From: Bacteroidia bacterium
GTDB lineage: Bacteria; Bacteroidota; Bacteroidia; Cytophagales; Cyclobacteriaceae
DNA: 64,000 nucleotides
Direction of reading: 5' to 3'
Assembly (NCBI GenBank): GCA_030430675.1
Contig: JAUIKU010000001.1
Location: 4,152-68,151 of the forward strand
In this document: one piece after another, positions 54,037 to 62,968 of the stretch
Numbering within the stretch: the first letter of the stretch is position 1
Layout of the letters: every line of letters begins with the position of its first letter
Notes under the pieces: model-generated
What the model was told of the DNA's origin: nothing
What the model saw: only the letters and a program-made list of their open reading frames with translations
Database searches by the model: none
Position numbers and translations under genes: made by a program

Positions 54037-55421
54037 TGATAAACATGACGGGAATAGAAAAAGATCCGGTAGATGTTTGGTTGGTTGATCCCATAAAGGT
54101 CTTTATCAATAACTCCTCAATGAGCGGGGTAGTGTTGTTTGTTTCCGCCCTGGTGGCCCTGGCCATTTCCAACTCCCCCTGGGGACATGCCTATCACGAA
54201 TTCTGGGAGATGGAGATCTCCATTAAAATCGGCGAAGCTTTTATTGAGAAATCCCTTCATCACTGGATAAACGACGGACTGGTGGCGGTTTTCTTTTTTG
54301 TGGTGGGCCTGGAATTAAAACGCGAAGTGCTGGCCGGAGAACTGAGTACACCCCGGCATGCCATACTTCCCCTGGCCGCTGCTGTCGGCGGTATGGTGGT
54401 GCCAGCGGTAATTTACCTGTTGGTAAATCCTCAGGGACCTGCCTCAGACGGCTGGGGAATTCCCATGGCCACCGATATTGCTTTTGCACTTGGTGTGGTC
54501 TATTTGCTGGGTGACCGGGTACCGGTGGCGCTGAAAGTATTTCTCACTACCCTGGCCATTGCCGATGACCTGGGCGCGGTGTTGGTCATCGCTTTCTTTT
54601 ACACTTCACAAATAGATGTGACCAGTTTAAGTCTGGGATTAGGGTTTTTATTATTGCTGGTCCTGTCAAATAAAATGGGGATACGCAGTACACTTTACTA
54701 TGCAGTAGTTGGAATTGCAGGCCTGTGGTTGACTTTTTTAATGTCAGGTATCCATCCTACCATAGCAGCGGTACTGGTGGCTTTTACCATTCCGGCCCGT
54801 CCCAAGATTTCCAAACCCGCCTTCAGAGACATTCTTGAAAAGAAAATCAATCGCCTGAAACAGGCCAATACTATTGACGCTCCGGTGGTGAGTGAAGAAC
54901 GGCGAGAAATCCTGTACAACATCCAGAAGGCTTCCAAACTTGCCGGGACTCCATTGCAAAGGCTGGAGCATGGTCTGCATCCATTCGTTTCGTTTGTAGT
55001 GATGCCCATCTTTGCCCTGAGTAACGCCGGGGTCTCTTTTTCTGACCCTTTCCTGGAGAATCTGATGTCTCCGGTGGCTATTGGGGTGATGTTAGGACTT
55101 CTGGTGGGTAAGGTCCTGGGCATTAGTTCAATAGTCTGGCTGCTGGTTCGTTTTGGCCTTGCAAAACTGCCGCATGAGATGAATAGCCGGCATGTATTGG
55201 GGGCGGGATTCCTGGCGGGAATAGGTTTTACCATGTCGTTGTTTGTATCAGGACTGGCTTTTACCAACCCCGATAATTTGGAACAGGCAAAAATTGCCAT
55301 TTTGGTATCTTCTTCAATTGCCAGCATCGCAGGTTATCTGCTGTTAAAATCTACTGCCAGAGCACCTTCAGAGAAACCAGCTGAAACAACGGAGGCAGCA
55401 CCTGCGGATCCTGTCTGGTAA
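54036..55421 (+). CDS. nhaA: Na+/H+ antiporter NhaA
   Basis: NhaA hallmarks are present (…WINDGLVAVFFFVVGLELKRE…, …LAIADDLGAV…). Its start overlaps the upstream stop. Confidence 0.9.
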   Translation: MINMTGIEKDPVDVWLVDPIKVFINNSSMSGVVLFVSALVALAISNSPWGHAYHEFWEMEISIKIGEAFIEKSLHHWINDGLVAVFFFVVGLELKREVLAGELSTPRHAILPLAAAVGGMVVPAVIYLLVNPQGPASDGWGIPMATDIAFALGVVYLLGDRVPVALKVFLTTLAIADDLGAVLVIAFFYTSQIDVTSLSLGLGFLLLLVLSNKMGIRSTLYYAVVGIAGLWLTFLMSGIHPTIAAVLVAFTIPARPKISKPAFRDILEKKINRLKQANTIDAPVVSEERREILYNIQKASKLAGTPLQRLEHGLHPFVSFVVMPIFALSNAGVSFSDPFLENLMSPVAIGVMLGLLVGKVLGISSIVWLLVRFGLAKLPHEMNSRHVLGAGFLAGIGFTMSLFVSGLAFTNPDNLEQAKIAILVSSSIASIAGYLLLKSTARAPSEKPAETTEAAPADPVW

Positions 55422-55589
55422 TATGTGTAGAATATTGCACACACCTGGTGGTGTTGGTTACACCCTTTAGCAGTTCTTTCTTACAGATTGGTGCTCTAGC
55501 GAAAGCCCTGTAGCGGTTTAAGGCCAGAAGCGGGGCCTGGCATGGTTTTTCCACTATGTAAGTCAAACAGGAGTTAAAAAATAAACTCA

Positions 55590-56444
55590 ATGTCAAAAAA
55601 GAAACACATACTAATTCCCATACATCTCAATGAACAGGGTGCAGGTGTAGTAGCTTATGGTGTATCACTAGCTCGTGACCTGGGTCTTGGTGTCAAATTG
55701 TTGCACGTCCTGAGCATGCACGGCGTACCATCTCCTGTTACCGCCCATGCGGGGACAGCAGATTACAACGTACCCATAGGTGAGATAACCGAGGAAAAGA
55801 TTAAACTGGCCAATACCAAGCTTGAGGCCCTGGCCACCAGGATAAAAGAAGAAAGCCGGGTAAGGTGCGAATATGAATGCACCACCGGATTTGTGGACAT
55901 ACAAATTCTGGAACATACGGAACAGGGAGATATTGCCATGGTGGTAATGGGTACGCCCAGAAGCGATACTTTACTCAATCAACTGCTGGGATCACGGTCG
56001 CTCAAGGTAGTGAACCACAGTAAGACACCGGTACTGCTTGTACCCAAGCTAAGTACCTACCTGCCGGTAAAGAAAATTGTAGTAGGCGTTAGCTATCAGG
56101 ATTACAGCAGTGAGCAAAATCGATGGTTGTTGCAGATGGCGTCAGCTTTACAGGCCGACCTGCATTTTGTAAGAATAGTGGAAGAGAACACCGACAAGCA
56201 ACAGCTGATGTTCGACGGTTATCAGAAGCAGTTACAAAGCAGTATGCCGGAAGGTACAAACGGAACATTTAAACTGCTTAGAGAAAGCTCAATAGATGAG
56301 GGTTTAAGAAATTATCGACGGCAAGTCAATGCCGACCTGATCGCGCTACAGCGTTCCGGTAAATCTGCCTGGGACCACTTGTTTGCCACTGATGTGTCCC
56401 AGGAGCTGGCGTTAGATACCAGCGTTCCACTACTAGTTTACTAG
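55590..56444 (+). CDS. Tandem-domain universal stress protein (UspA family)
   Basis: Two Usp-like halves are present (…MVVMGTPRS…LGSRSLKVVNHSKTPVLLVP…). Confidence 0.8.
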   Translation: MSKKKHILIPIHLNEQGAGVVAYGVSLARDLGLGVKLLHVLSMHGVPSPVTAHAGTADYNVPIGEITEEKIKLANTKLEALATRIKEESRVRCEYECTTGFVDIQILEHTEQGDIAMVVMGTPRSDTLLNQLLGSRSLKVVNHSKTPVLLVPKLSTYLPVKKIVVGVSYQDYSSEQNRWLLQMASALQADLHFVRIVEENTDKQQLMFDGYQKQLQSSMPEGTNGTFKLLRESSIDEGLRNYRRQVNADLIALQRSGKSAWDHLFATDVSQELALDTSVPLLVY

Positions 56445-56472
56445 ACATAGGGGGAAGGAAAAAAATAAATGA

Positions 56473-56766
56473 ATGTTTAACCAAATGAATAACAATAAAA
56501 TGAATAAAGAATTGAAAATAGTCTCGGGATTTATGTTAGGAGCGGTAACTGGTGCCGCCATAGGAATTTTATATGCGCCATACAGCGGAAAGAGGACCCG
56601 AAAAAAAATCAAAAAGAAAACAGTTAGAATGGTCGACGATGCAAAAGATACCCTGGTAGAGGTCGCAGATGACGCAGTTGACAAAGCAAATGAAGGTATT
56701 CAGGATATTTCTGAAAAGACCAAAGAGTCGATGGTAAGACTGAGAGAGAAAATAGCCGCTAACTAA
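56473..56766 (+). CDS. YtxH-domain stress protein
   Basis: It has an N-terminal TM segment followed by GILYAPYSGKRTRKKI and a charged helical tail. The start among several ATGs is uncertain. Confidence 0.7.
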   Translation: MFNQMNNNKMNKELKIVSGFMLGAVTGAAIGILYAPYSGKRTRKKIKKKTVRMVDDAKDTLVEVADDAVDKANEGIQDISEKTKESMVRLREKIAAN

Positions 56767-56795
56767 TCAAAATAACAACTTAAATACATATAATC

Positions 56796-56960
56796 ATGCT
56801 TAGATGGATATTGATCTTCCTGGTGATCGCGCTGATCGCCGCCTTGTTAGGATTTGGTGGCATAGCTGCGGGAGCAGCCGGGATCGCAAAAATTATTTTT
56901 TACGTTTTCCTGGTATTACTGGCGGTTTCGGTGGTAATGCATTTGGTTAAAAGGGTCTGA
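56796..56960 (+). CDS. DUF1328 (UPF0391) family small membrane protein (54 aa, below ORF-track cutoff)
   Basis: Hand translation gives [54 protein letters not shown], which matches the family consensus as I recall it. Confidence 0.7.
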   Translation: MLRWILIFLVIALIAALLGFGGIAAGAAGIAKIIFYVFLVLLAVSVVMHLVKRV

Positions 56961-56975
56961 CCGGACCCTTTTTTC
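56949..56975 (+). terminator. Rho-independent terminator
   Basis: The stem is AAGGGTC/GACCCTT with loop TGACCG, followed by a T-run. Confidence 0.65.
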
Positions 56976-56991
56976 CTCTTTTAAATGATAA

Positions 56992-57684
56992 ATGGTAACC
57001 ATGCAAATCTCAAAGAAAGAAATCTTATTTATATACAATTCAAACGATCTACAGGACCGGCAGGCACTGGGTTATGCCAAAAGTCTGCCCAACCATAAGG
57101 TGAAAGAACTGGATCTGCAAAAAGACAACTTTACGGAAACGCAGGTCAAGCAGATTGCGGACCTGTTGGAAGTAGAGCCCGTGTCACTGATGGATCGAAG
57201 TTCCGATACTTTTAAAAAGAGCTTTGCCAATGTTGATTTGTCGGGTAGCGATGCATTGAAAGCGATGGCTTCGAAACCGGAACTGATAAAAACCCCCATT
57301 GCGGTTTATAACGATCAGGCGGTTTCGATACGATCTCCATTTCAGCTGGTAAAGCAGGATTTGGATCAACTGCCATCCATACAAGACTATTCGGCACCGT
57401 CAAATGGAATCGAGATAGTCCACGATACGGGCAATCATAAGTTTTTCGCAAACTTGGGCAAAGAACAAATGGTGCTGGAATATCAACCATTGTCACCCGG
57501 TGCCATTGATTTCACTTCTACTTATGTGCCTGTTGATTACCGGAACCAGGGTCTTGGGACCAAGCTGGTGAGCTTTGCATTGAGATACGCCGATGTAGAA
57601 AACCTGAAAGTCAGGGCATCCTGCCCATTTGTAGCGGAATATTTGGAGGACCACCCAAAGTACAGTCATCTGTTGATGAAATAG
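56992..57684 (+). CDS. Fusion protein: ArsC/Spx-like thioredoxin-fold N-domain (no Cys at the usual position) + small GNAT-like C-domain
   Basis: The N-terminal part reads …ILFIYNSNDLQDRQALGYAK…ELIKTPIAVY…. The C-terminal part reads …NQGLGTKLVSFALRYADVENLKVRASCPFVAEYLEDHPKYSHLL. Confidence 0.5.
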   Translation: MVTMQISKKEILFIYNSNDLQDRQALGYAKSLPNHKVKELDLQKDNFTETQVKQIADLLEVEPVSLMDRSSDTFKKSFANVDLSGSDALKAMASKPELIKTPIAVYNDQAVSIRSPFQLVKQDLDQLPSIQDYSAPSNGIEIVHDTGNHKFFANLGKEQMVLEYQPLSPGAIDFTSTYVPVDYRNQGLGTKLVSFALRYADVENLKVRASCPFVAEYLEDHPKYSHLLMK

Positions 57685-57828
57685 ATATGCCTGGCTACAG
57701 GTCATCTTTCTGTTGCCGGGGTTTATTGAAAGTAAGTTTACCGGATAGTGTTTCCCTTGTCGGCAGCCCATATCATTAACCACCAGTTTATCGTAAATAG
57801 AGATACAGATATTAACCAATCCCAATCA

Positions 57829-60546
57829 ATGAACACAGGCAATAACCCGGATAAACCTCAGAAAGTAGATCTATCAAAGTTTGATCAGATAAAGAATTTA
57901 CCTTTTTCCATTCGGATCCTGCTGGAAAATGCAGTGCGTAATCAGGATGGACTGGCAGTTACCAAACAGCATGTGGACACCCTGGCCCATTGGGATCCCC
58001 GGGGAACCAGCAAGGATATCCCTTTCAAGCCCGCCCGGGTACTCATGCAGGATTTTACCGGGGTGCCTGCGGTGGTTGATATTGCTTCCATTCGCTCTGA
58101 AGTGATCCGTAAAGGCCGGGATGGTACTAAGATCAATCCGCTTATTCCTGTTGACCTGGTGGTCGATCACTCGGTCCAGGTAGATTTTTTTGCGTCGGAA
58201 CAGGCCTATGAGAAAAACGTGGCCCGTGAATACCAGCGCAATGCCGAACGGTATGCCCTACTAAAGTGGGCCCAAAAGAATTTCGACAATTTTACAGTAG
58301 TACCTCCGGGCATGGGTATCTGTCACCAGGTAAACCTGGAATACCTGGCACAAGGTGTGGTGGAAAGAGACCACTGGTGGTTTCCCGACACTGTGGTAGG
58401 CACAGATTCACATACCCCCATGGTGAATGGGATCGGTGTACTGGGGTGGGGAGTTGGAGGTATCGAAGCTGAAGCAGCCATGTTGGGCCAGCCCATCTAT
58501 TTTACCTGCCCCGAAGTGATCGGTCTGGAACTAACCGGACAATTGCCGGAAGGGGTAACGGCTACTGACATGGTGTTGGGGATCACCTCCTTGCTGAGAA
58601 GCTACGGAGTGGTTGGAAAATTCGTGGAAGTATTCGGTGAGGGACTGGATCACCTTTCGGTTCCGGACCGCGCCACCATTTCCAATATGTCACCCGAGTT
58701 TGGTTGTACTGCCACCTACTTTCCCATCGACGCCCAGACCATCAGGTATATGGAAAGCACCAACCGGCCCGGACCAGTCTTGGAACGGGTGGAATCGTAT
58801 TGCCGGGAGAATTACCTGTGGCGTACCGGGACGGAGCAGATCAACTACACGGATACGCTGCACTTTGACCTCTCATCTCTGGAACCTACCGTATCCGGCC
58901 CTAGCAGGCCTCAGGACAAGATAGCCGTGAGGGAGCTGAAAAAGACTTTTTACCAGCTGATAAAAGAAGTTTATGATAAGGATGCCACGGTCCCCGCGGA
59001 AGCGGAGTCAAAATGGCTGGATGAAGGTGGGGCTGTTGCGGAAGTGACGGTTGAAGCGATGGATCCAAAACTGGATGTCCAGCTGAAATCTGCTCCGGTA
59101 CATTACCGGGAACAGGATTTTGAACTTTATGATGGGTCGGTGGTAATTGCTGCCATTACCAGCTGTACCAACACCAGCAACCCATCGGTAATGGTTGGCG
59201 CGGGATTGGTTGCCCGCAAAGCTCGTGAAAAGGGTCTTCAGGTAAAACCCTGGGTAAAAACCAGCCTGGCCCCCGGATCGAAGGTAGTGACCCGCTACCT
59301 GGAAAAATCCGGACTGCAGGATGACCTGGAAGCGCTTAACTTTCATACCGTGGGGTACGGTTGTACATCATGTATAGGCAACAGCGGCCCCTTGCCAGAT
59401 CCCATAGCGGAAGCGGTCACCAAATTCGATTTGAATGTCTCGGCCGTACTATCGGGTAACAGGAACTTCGAAGCCCGGGTGCATCCACAGGTACGCATGA
59501 ACTTCCTTGCCTCGCCCATGCTGGTAGTGATATATGCACTCACCGGCAAGGTAAACATCGACCTTTTCACCGAACCAATTGGAGAGGATCAGCAAGGTAA
59601 ACCGGTTTTTATGAAAGACCTGTGGCCTTCCGGACAGGAGATCAATGAGATCATTCACAATTCCTTATACCAGGATGATTTTAAGGAAACGTACCAGGTG
59701 ATCTATGAGGGAGAGACACAGTGGAAGCAACTTGAAGCTCCTGCAGCCATCGACTACCAGTGGCAGCCAGATTCCACTTATATAAAGGAGGCACCATTTT
59801 TTAAGGAAATTTCCGAACAACCGATCCCTCATGGTAATATTAAGGAGGCACGGGTACTGCTTAAGCTGGGAGATTCCATCACTACCGATCATATTTCTCC
59901 TGCGGGTGCCTTCTCCGTGGAAACCCCTGCCGGCAAATACCTTTTAGAATCGGGTATTGAACCATCGTCGTTCAATTCATACGGATCGAGAAGGGGCAAC
60001 CACGAAGTGATGGTACGGGGAACATTTGCCAATGTGAGGCTCAAGAACCAGTTGGTGCAGAAAGAGGGTAATTTCACCCGGTATTTTCCGGAGAATAAGG
60101 TTATGTCGGTCTTTGAAGCATCCATGAAGTATCAGAACAGCGGTACCGACCTGATCGTGCTGGCAGGCAAGGAATATGGCAGTGGCTCCTCCCGGGATTG
60201 GGCAGCCAAAGGTACCAGTCTGCTGGGTATCAAAGCGGTGATTGCGGAAAGCTATGAAAGGATACACCGCAGCAATCTCATTGGTATGGGAGTTCTTCCA
60301 TTGCAATTTATTGAAGGTGAAAGTACCGAAACACACGGGCTGGAAGGGGAGGAGGTCTTCAATATCGAAGGACTACAGCAGGACCTGGAGCCAAACCAAA
60401 CATTGCGGGTTACTGCCAAAAATAAAGAAGGTAACACCACTTCATTTGAAGTAACCACCCGGCTGGATTCTGCCATTGAAATCGAATACTACCGGCACCG
60501 GGGAATACTTCATTACGTATTGCGCAAATTCTTATATGACAGCTGA
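57829..60546 (+). CDS. acnA: Aconitate hydratase A
   Basis: The Fe-S cluster Cys context is present (…ITSCTNTSNP…, …GCTSCIGNSG…) and the swivel domain follows. I prefer ATG 57829 (MNTGNNPDKPQK) to the track start at 57748. Confidence 0.9.
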   Translation: MNTGNNPDKPQKVDLSKFDQIKNLPFSIRILLENAVRNQDGLAVTKQHVDTLAHWDPRGTSKDIPFKPARVLMQDFTGVPAVVDIASIRSEVIRKGRDGTKINPLIPVDLVVDHSVQVDFFASEQAYEKNVAREYQRNAERYALLKWAQKNFDNFTVVPPGMGICHQVNLEYLAQGVVERDHWWFPDTVVGTDSHTPMVNGIGVLGWGVGGIEAEAAMLGQPIYFTCPEVIGLELTGQLPEGVTATDMVLGITSLLRSYGVVGKFVEVFGEGLDHLSVPDRATISNMSPEFGCTATYFPIDAQTIRYMESTNRPGPVLERVESYCRENYLWRTGTEQINYTDTLHFDLSSLEPTVSGPSRPQDKIAVRELKKTFYQLIKEVYDKDATVPAEAESKWLDEGGAVAEVTVEAMDPKLDVQLKSAPVHYREQDFELYDGSVVIAAITSCTNTSNPSVMVGAGLVARKAREKGLQVKPWVKTSLAPGSKVVTRYLEKSGLQDDLEALNFHTVGYGCTSCIGNSGPLPDPIAEAVTKFDLNVSAVLSGNRNFEARVHPQVRMNFLASPMLVVIYALTGKVNIDLFTEPIGEDQQGKPVFMKDLWPSGQEINEIIHNSLYQDDFKETYQVIYEGETQWKQLEAPAAIDYQWQPDSTYIKEAPFFKEISEQPIPHGNIKEARVLLKLGDSITTDHISPAGAFSVETPAGKYLLESGIEPSSFNSYGSRRGNHEVMVRGTFANVRLKNQLVQKEGNFTRYFPENKVMSVFEASMKYQNSGTDLIVLAGKEYGSGSSRDWAAKGTSLLGIKAVIAESYERIHRSNLIGMGVLPLQFIEGESTETHGLEGEEVFNIEGLQQDLEPNQTLRVTAKNKEGNTTSFEVTTRLDSAIEIEYYRHRGILHYVLRKFLYDS

Positions 60547-60613
60547 TTTATTCCCAATTAGGACCCATGGCCAATAAATTTAACAAAGCCTTCATCAAAA
60601 CTTAATTTCTCCT

Positions 60614-60621
60614 TACTTTTG
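60614..60621 (+). promoter_or_regulatory. Candidate Bacteroidota sigma-A -7 box TACTTTTG
   Basis: It matches TAnnTTTG exactly and lies ~95 nt upstream of tRNA-Leu. No clear -33 TTG was seen. Confidence 0.3.
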
Positions 60622-60632
60622 CACACCAAATT

Positions 60633-60686
60633 GAGTGTGAGTGTGAGTGTGGGTGTGGGTGTGAGTTTTAGGTGTGGGTGTGAGGG
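60633..60686. repeat. GT-rich hexamer array (GRGTGT)n with four GGG tracts
   Basis: Read directly: GAGTGT x3, GGGTGT x2, then degenerate copies. It lies directly upstream of tRNA-Leu. Confidence 0.9.
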
Positions 60687-60716
60687 TTGATAACACTTAA
60701 TCAAGGCCACTTATTT

Positions 60717-60800
60717 GCCCAGGTGGCGGAATTGGTAGACGCGTTGGTCTCAAACACCAATGTCTTCACGGACGTGCCGGTTCGACTCCGGCCCTGGGTA
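60717..60800 (+). tRNA. tRNA-Leu (anticodon CAA), type II with long variable arm
   Basis: Hand-folded. The acceptor is GCCCAGG/CCTGGGT with a G1-U72 wobble. The anticodon stem is TTGGT/ACCAA with loop CT-CAA-AC. The T arm is GCCGG-TTCGACT-CCGGC. Confidence 0.9.
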
Positions 60801-60814
60801 CAAAAATACTGTTT

Positions 60815-60839
60815 AAACCGCCTTTATGGCGGTTTTTTT
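60815..60839 (+). terminator. Rho-independent terminator after tRNA-Leu
   Basis: The hairpin is AAACCGCC-TTTAT-GGCGGTTT followed by TTTT. Confidence 0.75.
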
Positions 60840-61073
60840 GTTTGCTGGCGGCTACCCCATCTGAACAACCAAATAAAATAGCCGATGTACTAATTGATTA
60901 TTTTAAGAATTAACGGCAATACTGAAATCAGATGCTGTCGTACACCATAAATCCGAACCGCTTTCCTGATATTTTGGTGCCGTTGACAGTGCCTATGGTG
61001 ATTATCAAAGTCAAGGGTGGATTGTTAATAAGCCAGAGAATTTGTAAATTCCATAGGTGATGTCAAGTTTATC

Positions 61074-61778
61074 GTGACTGTATTTTCAAACCGTGGACGC
61101 TTGGCTAGACTTCTAAGTCTGGTAGTCTTTTCAATGTTTGGGGGCATCAATGGTTTCTCTCAAACCGTTGGAACTTTCATGCCCAATCCAGATAGAACCT
61201 TCATGGCGGGAAATTCTTATCCTTGGCCGGATGATAGAAACTATGAGCCTACTCCTTATCTTTTTGATGATTTCATTGCGGGCAATTTATATTTTCAGGG
61301 TGACCTGTTATTCGCGCAATTACCAATTAGGCTGAACCTTTACAACGATGAAATAGAATTTCTGAGAAACGATTCTGTCTTTGTGCTGCCGCCCTATATA
61401 AAAGTTGACCAAATAATCACCAATGGACAGGTACTACTGTTTCTCGATGGAGAGTATAACCACATGGTTGAGGGAATTGTTAAAACCTGGAGCACTGATT
61501 TTCCAACGGTGCTGACTAAGATGAACAAGTTTTATATTTGGGAATCTTATAAACCTTACGTGGTAAAACCGACGCTATTTAATCGAGTTGACAAACACTT
61601 TGTTTGGGTTTCTGAAGATAAACTCCTCGAGGTAAATACTGTAAAGCAGCTCATTAAAGCATTGGGCAACTCAACTCAACTTACTGCTTTTGCTAAAGAG
61701 CAGAAGATCTCGGTGAATAACCCGGTTGAGTTAACAAAATTATTGGATCATTATCGTTTTCTGACAGAAGAACAATGA
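61074..61778 (+). CDS. Secreted hypothetical protein, paralog A
   Basis: It has a signal-like N-terminus. It shares LPIRLNLYNDEIEF and KTWSTDFPTVLTKM motifs with the next gene. Confidence 0.5.
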   Translation: MTVFSNRGRLARLLSLVVFSMFGGINGFSQTVGTFMPNPDRTFMAGNSYPWPDDRNYEPTPYLFDDFIAGNLYFQGDLLFAQLPIRLNLYNDEIEFLRNDSVFVLPPYIKVDQIITNGQVLLFLDGEYNHMVEGIVKTWSTDFPTVLTKMNKFYIWESYKPYVVKPTLFNRVDKHFVWVSEDKLLEVNTVKQLIKALGNSTQLTAFAKEQKISVNNPVELTKLLDHYRFLTEEQ

Positions 61779-62548
61779 GTCAGGCAGCCAAAAAAATCAC
61801 TAAGTTAAAATATGTCTCATTGGAATTTATGGCGCTGCCAATAGGGATTTATTCCGGCATGAAGTGGTGTTTGTTTGTACTCATTTATTTGCTAACAGTT
61901 ATAAACCTTTTTTCTCAGGGTTTTCCTTACCCCATGTACGATCAGCAAAATCTGCCTGATCTTGAACCGGAAATCGAGTTGGATGATGTGGAGGGCACAG
62001 CATATTTGAATGAGGAATTTATATTCGGAGCCATCCATTATGGTGGAGGTAAGAAAATAACACAGATTCCATTGAGGCTAAATATCTATCATGACAGACT
62101 CGAGTATCAAGATGAGAATGGAAAGATCATGGCTTTTGGTAATCCGGAGTTCATTGATTACATCGTGATGGAAAAAGAGGTATTCGTTTACCTAAGGAAG
62201 AGCAAGGCATACAAGGTTTCTGGATTTGTTAAAATGTGGCACTTGTACTTGCCAACTTTATTAACGAAAATGGAGGTGAAGTTCCTTAAAGGAGAAGGGA
62301 AAAAACCATTTGATCTTCATGAATCACCAAATCAAAGACGTTTAGAGCGTATTCCAGACATTCACTACGTTATGAAAAGCAGAGATGAAATTGAAAAAGT
62401 AACCTCTGTTAAAAAACTCATTGAGTACCTGGGGACGCACGAGGATGAACTGAATGAATTTGTGGAGAATGCCGAAATATCCACCAAGGAGCCAGAAAAA
62501 TTAGCCTTACTCCTCAATTTTTATCACCAACTTGATCAAAATCCGTAG
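61775..62548 (+). CDS. Secreted/membrane-anchored hypothetical protein, paralog B
   Basis: It has an ATGA overlap with paralog A. Its motifs IPLRLNIYHDRLEY and KMWHLYLPTLLTKM mirror paralog A. Confidence 0.5.
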   Translation: MSQAAKKITKLKYVSLEFMALPIGIYSGMKWCLFVLIYLLTVINLFSQGFPYPMYDQQNLPDLEPEIELDDVEGTAYLNEEFIFGAIHYGGGKKITQIPLRLNIYHDRLEYQDENGKIMAFGNPEFIDYIVMEKEVFVYLRKSKAYKVSGFVKMWHLYLPTLLTKMEVKFLKGEGKKPFDLHESPNQRRLERIPDIHYVMKSRDEIEKVTSVKKLIEYLGTHEDELNEFVENAEISTKEPEKLALLLNFYHQLDQNP

Positions 62549-62661
62549 CCGGGGACAATTGCAAATTGCCCAATGCTAATTACAACCGCTTTACAGCTGC
62601 TCACCTACTAGATACTGCTATCCTTTTAAATTGGTGGGTCTTGCAGACCGGTGCAACTTCT

Positions 62662-62820
62662 TTATTCGCCGCGGAGGCTCTCCACCGGGTTAATATGGGC
62701 AGCTTTAAATGTCTGAATACCCACTGTTAGCCAGGCGATTGTCAAGGTGATTGCGGCCACCAGGGGAAATATCGCAGTGCAAATGGCTACCCCCAATGCA
62801 ATTCCCAAAGCGAGTTTATT
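62662..62820 (-). pseudogene. Remnant of the C-terminus of an FtsX-like (MacB-type) ABC transporter permease
   Basis: Hand translation gives NKLALGIALGVAICTAIFPLVAAITLTIAWLTVGIQTFKAAHINPVESLRGE*, with an in-frame TGA directly upstream and no start codon. The ending resembles the …NPV.SLR.E tail of these permeases. Confidence 0.5.
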
Positions 62821-62968
62821 TCATTTTTCATCTGTTTAAATAGACCCGGCGGCTCAGGCATTGACTCGATTATTCCTGATCAAAACCTTCGATTACCCTG
62901 GTCAAAAGGATTTTCGCGGTATTTGTAAGTTTCAATGCCCAATATCCGTCATATTGAACAAAACGCAA

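Noticed and set aside
54698-55327. 209-aa - strand ORF, and a 78-aa one, inside nhaA
   Set aside because: Both are antisense to a strongly supported membrane transporter gene. The translation has no recognisable features.
55500-55560. Possible terminator hairpin (GCCAG…CTGGC followed by a T-run) after nhaA
   Set aside because: The stem is only 5 bp with a long G-rich loop, which is too weak to call by eye.
57748-57828. Upstream extension of acnA, and similar track extensions at 2722, 24505 and 51342
   Set aside because: These extensions start at non-ATG codons or overlap the upstream gene. In each case a downstream ATG gives a protein with a family-typical N-terminus or a clean ATGA coupling.
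60687-60881. 64-aa + strand ORF
   Set aside because: It runs straight through tRNA-Leu and its terminator. The tRNA fold is far better supported.
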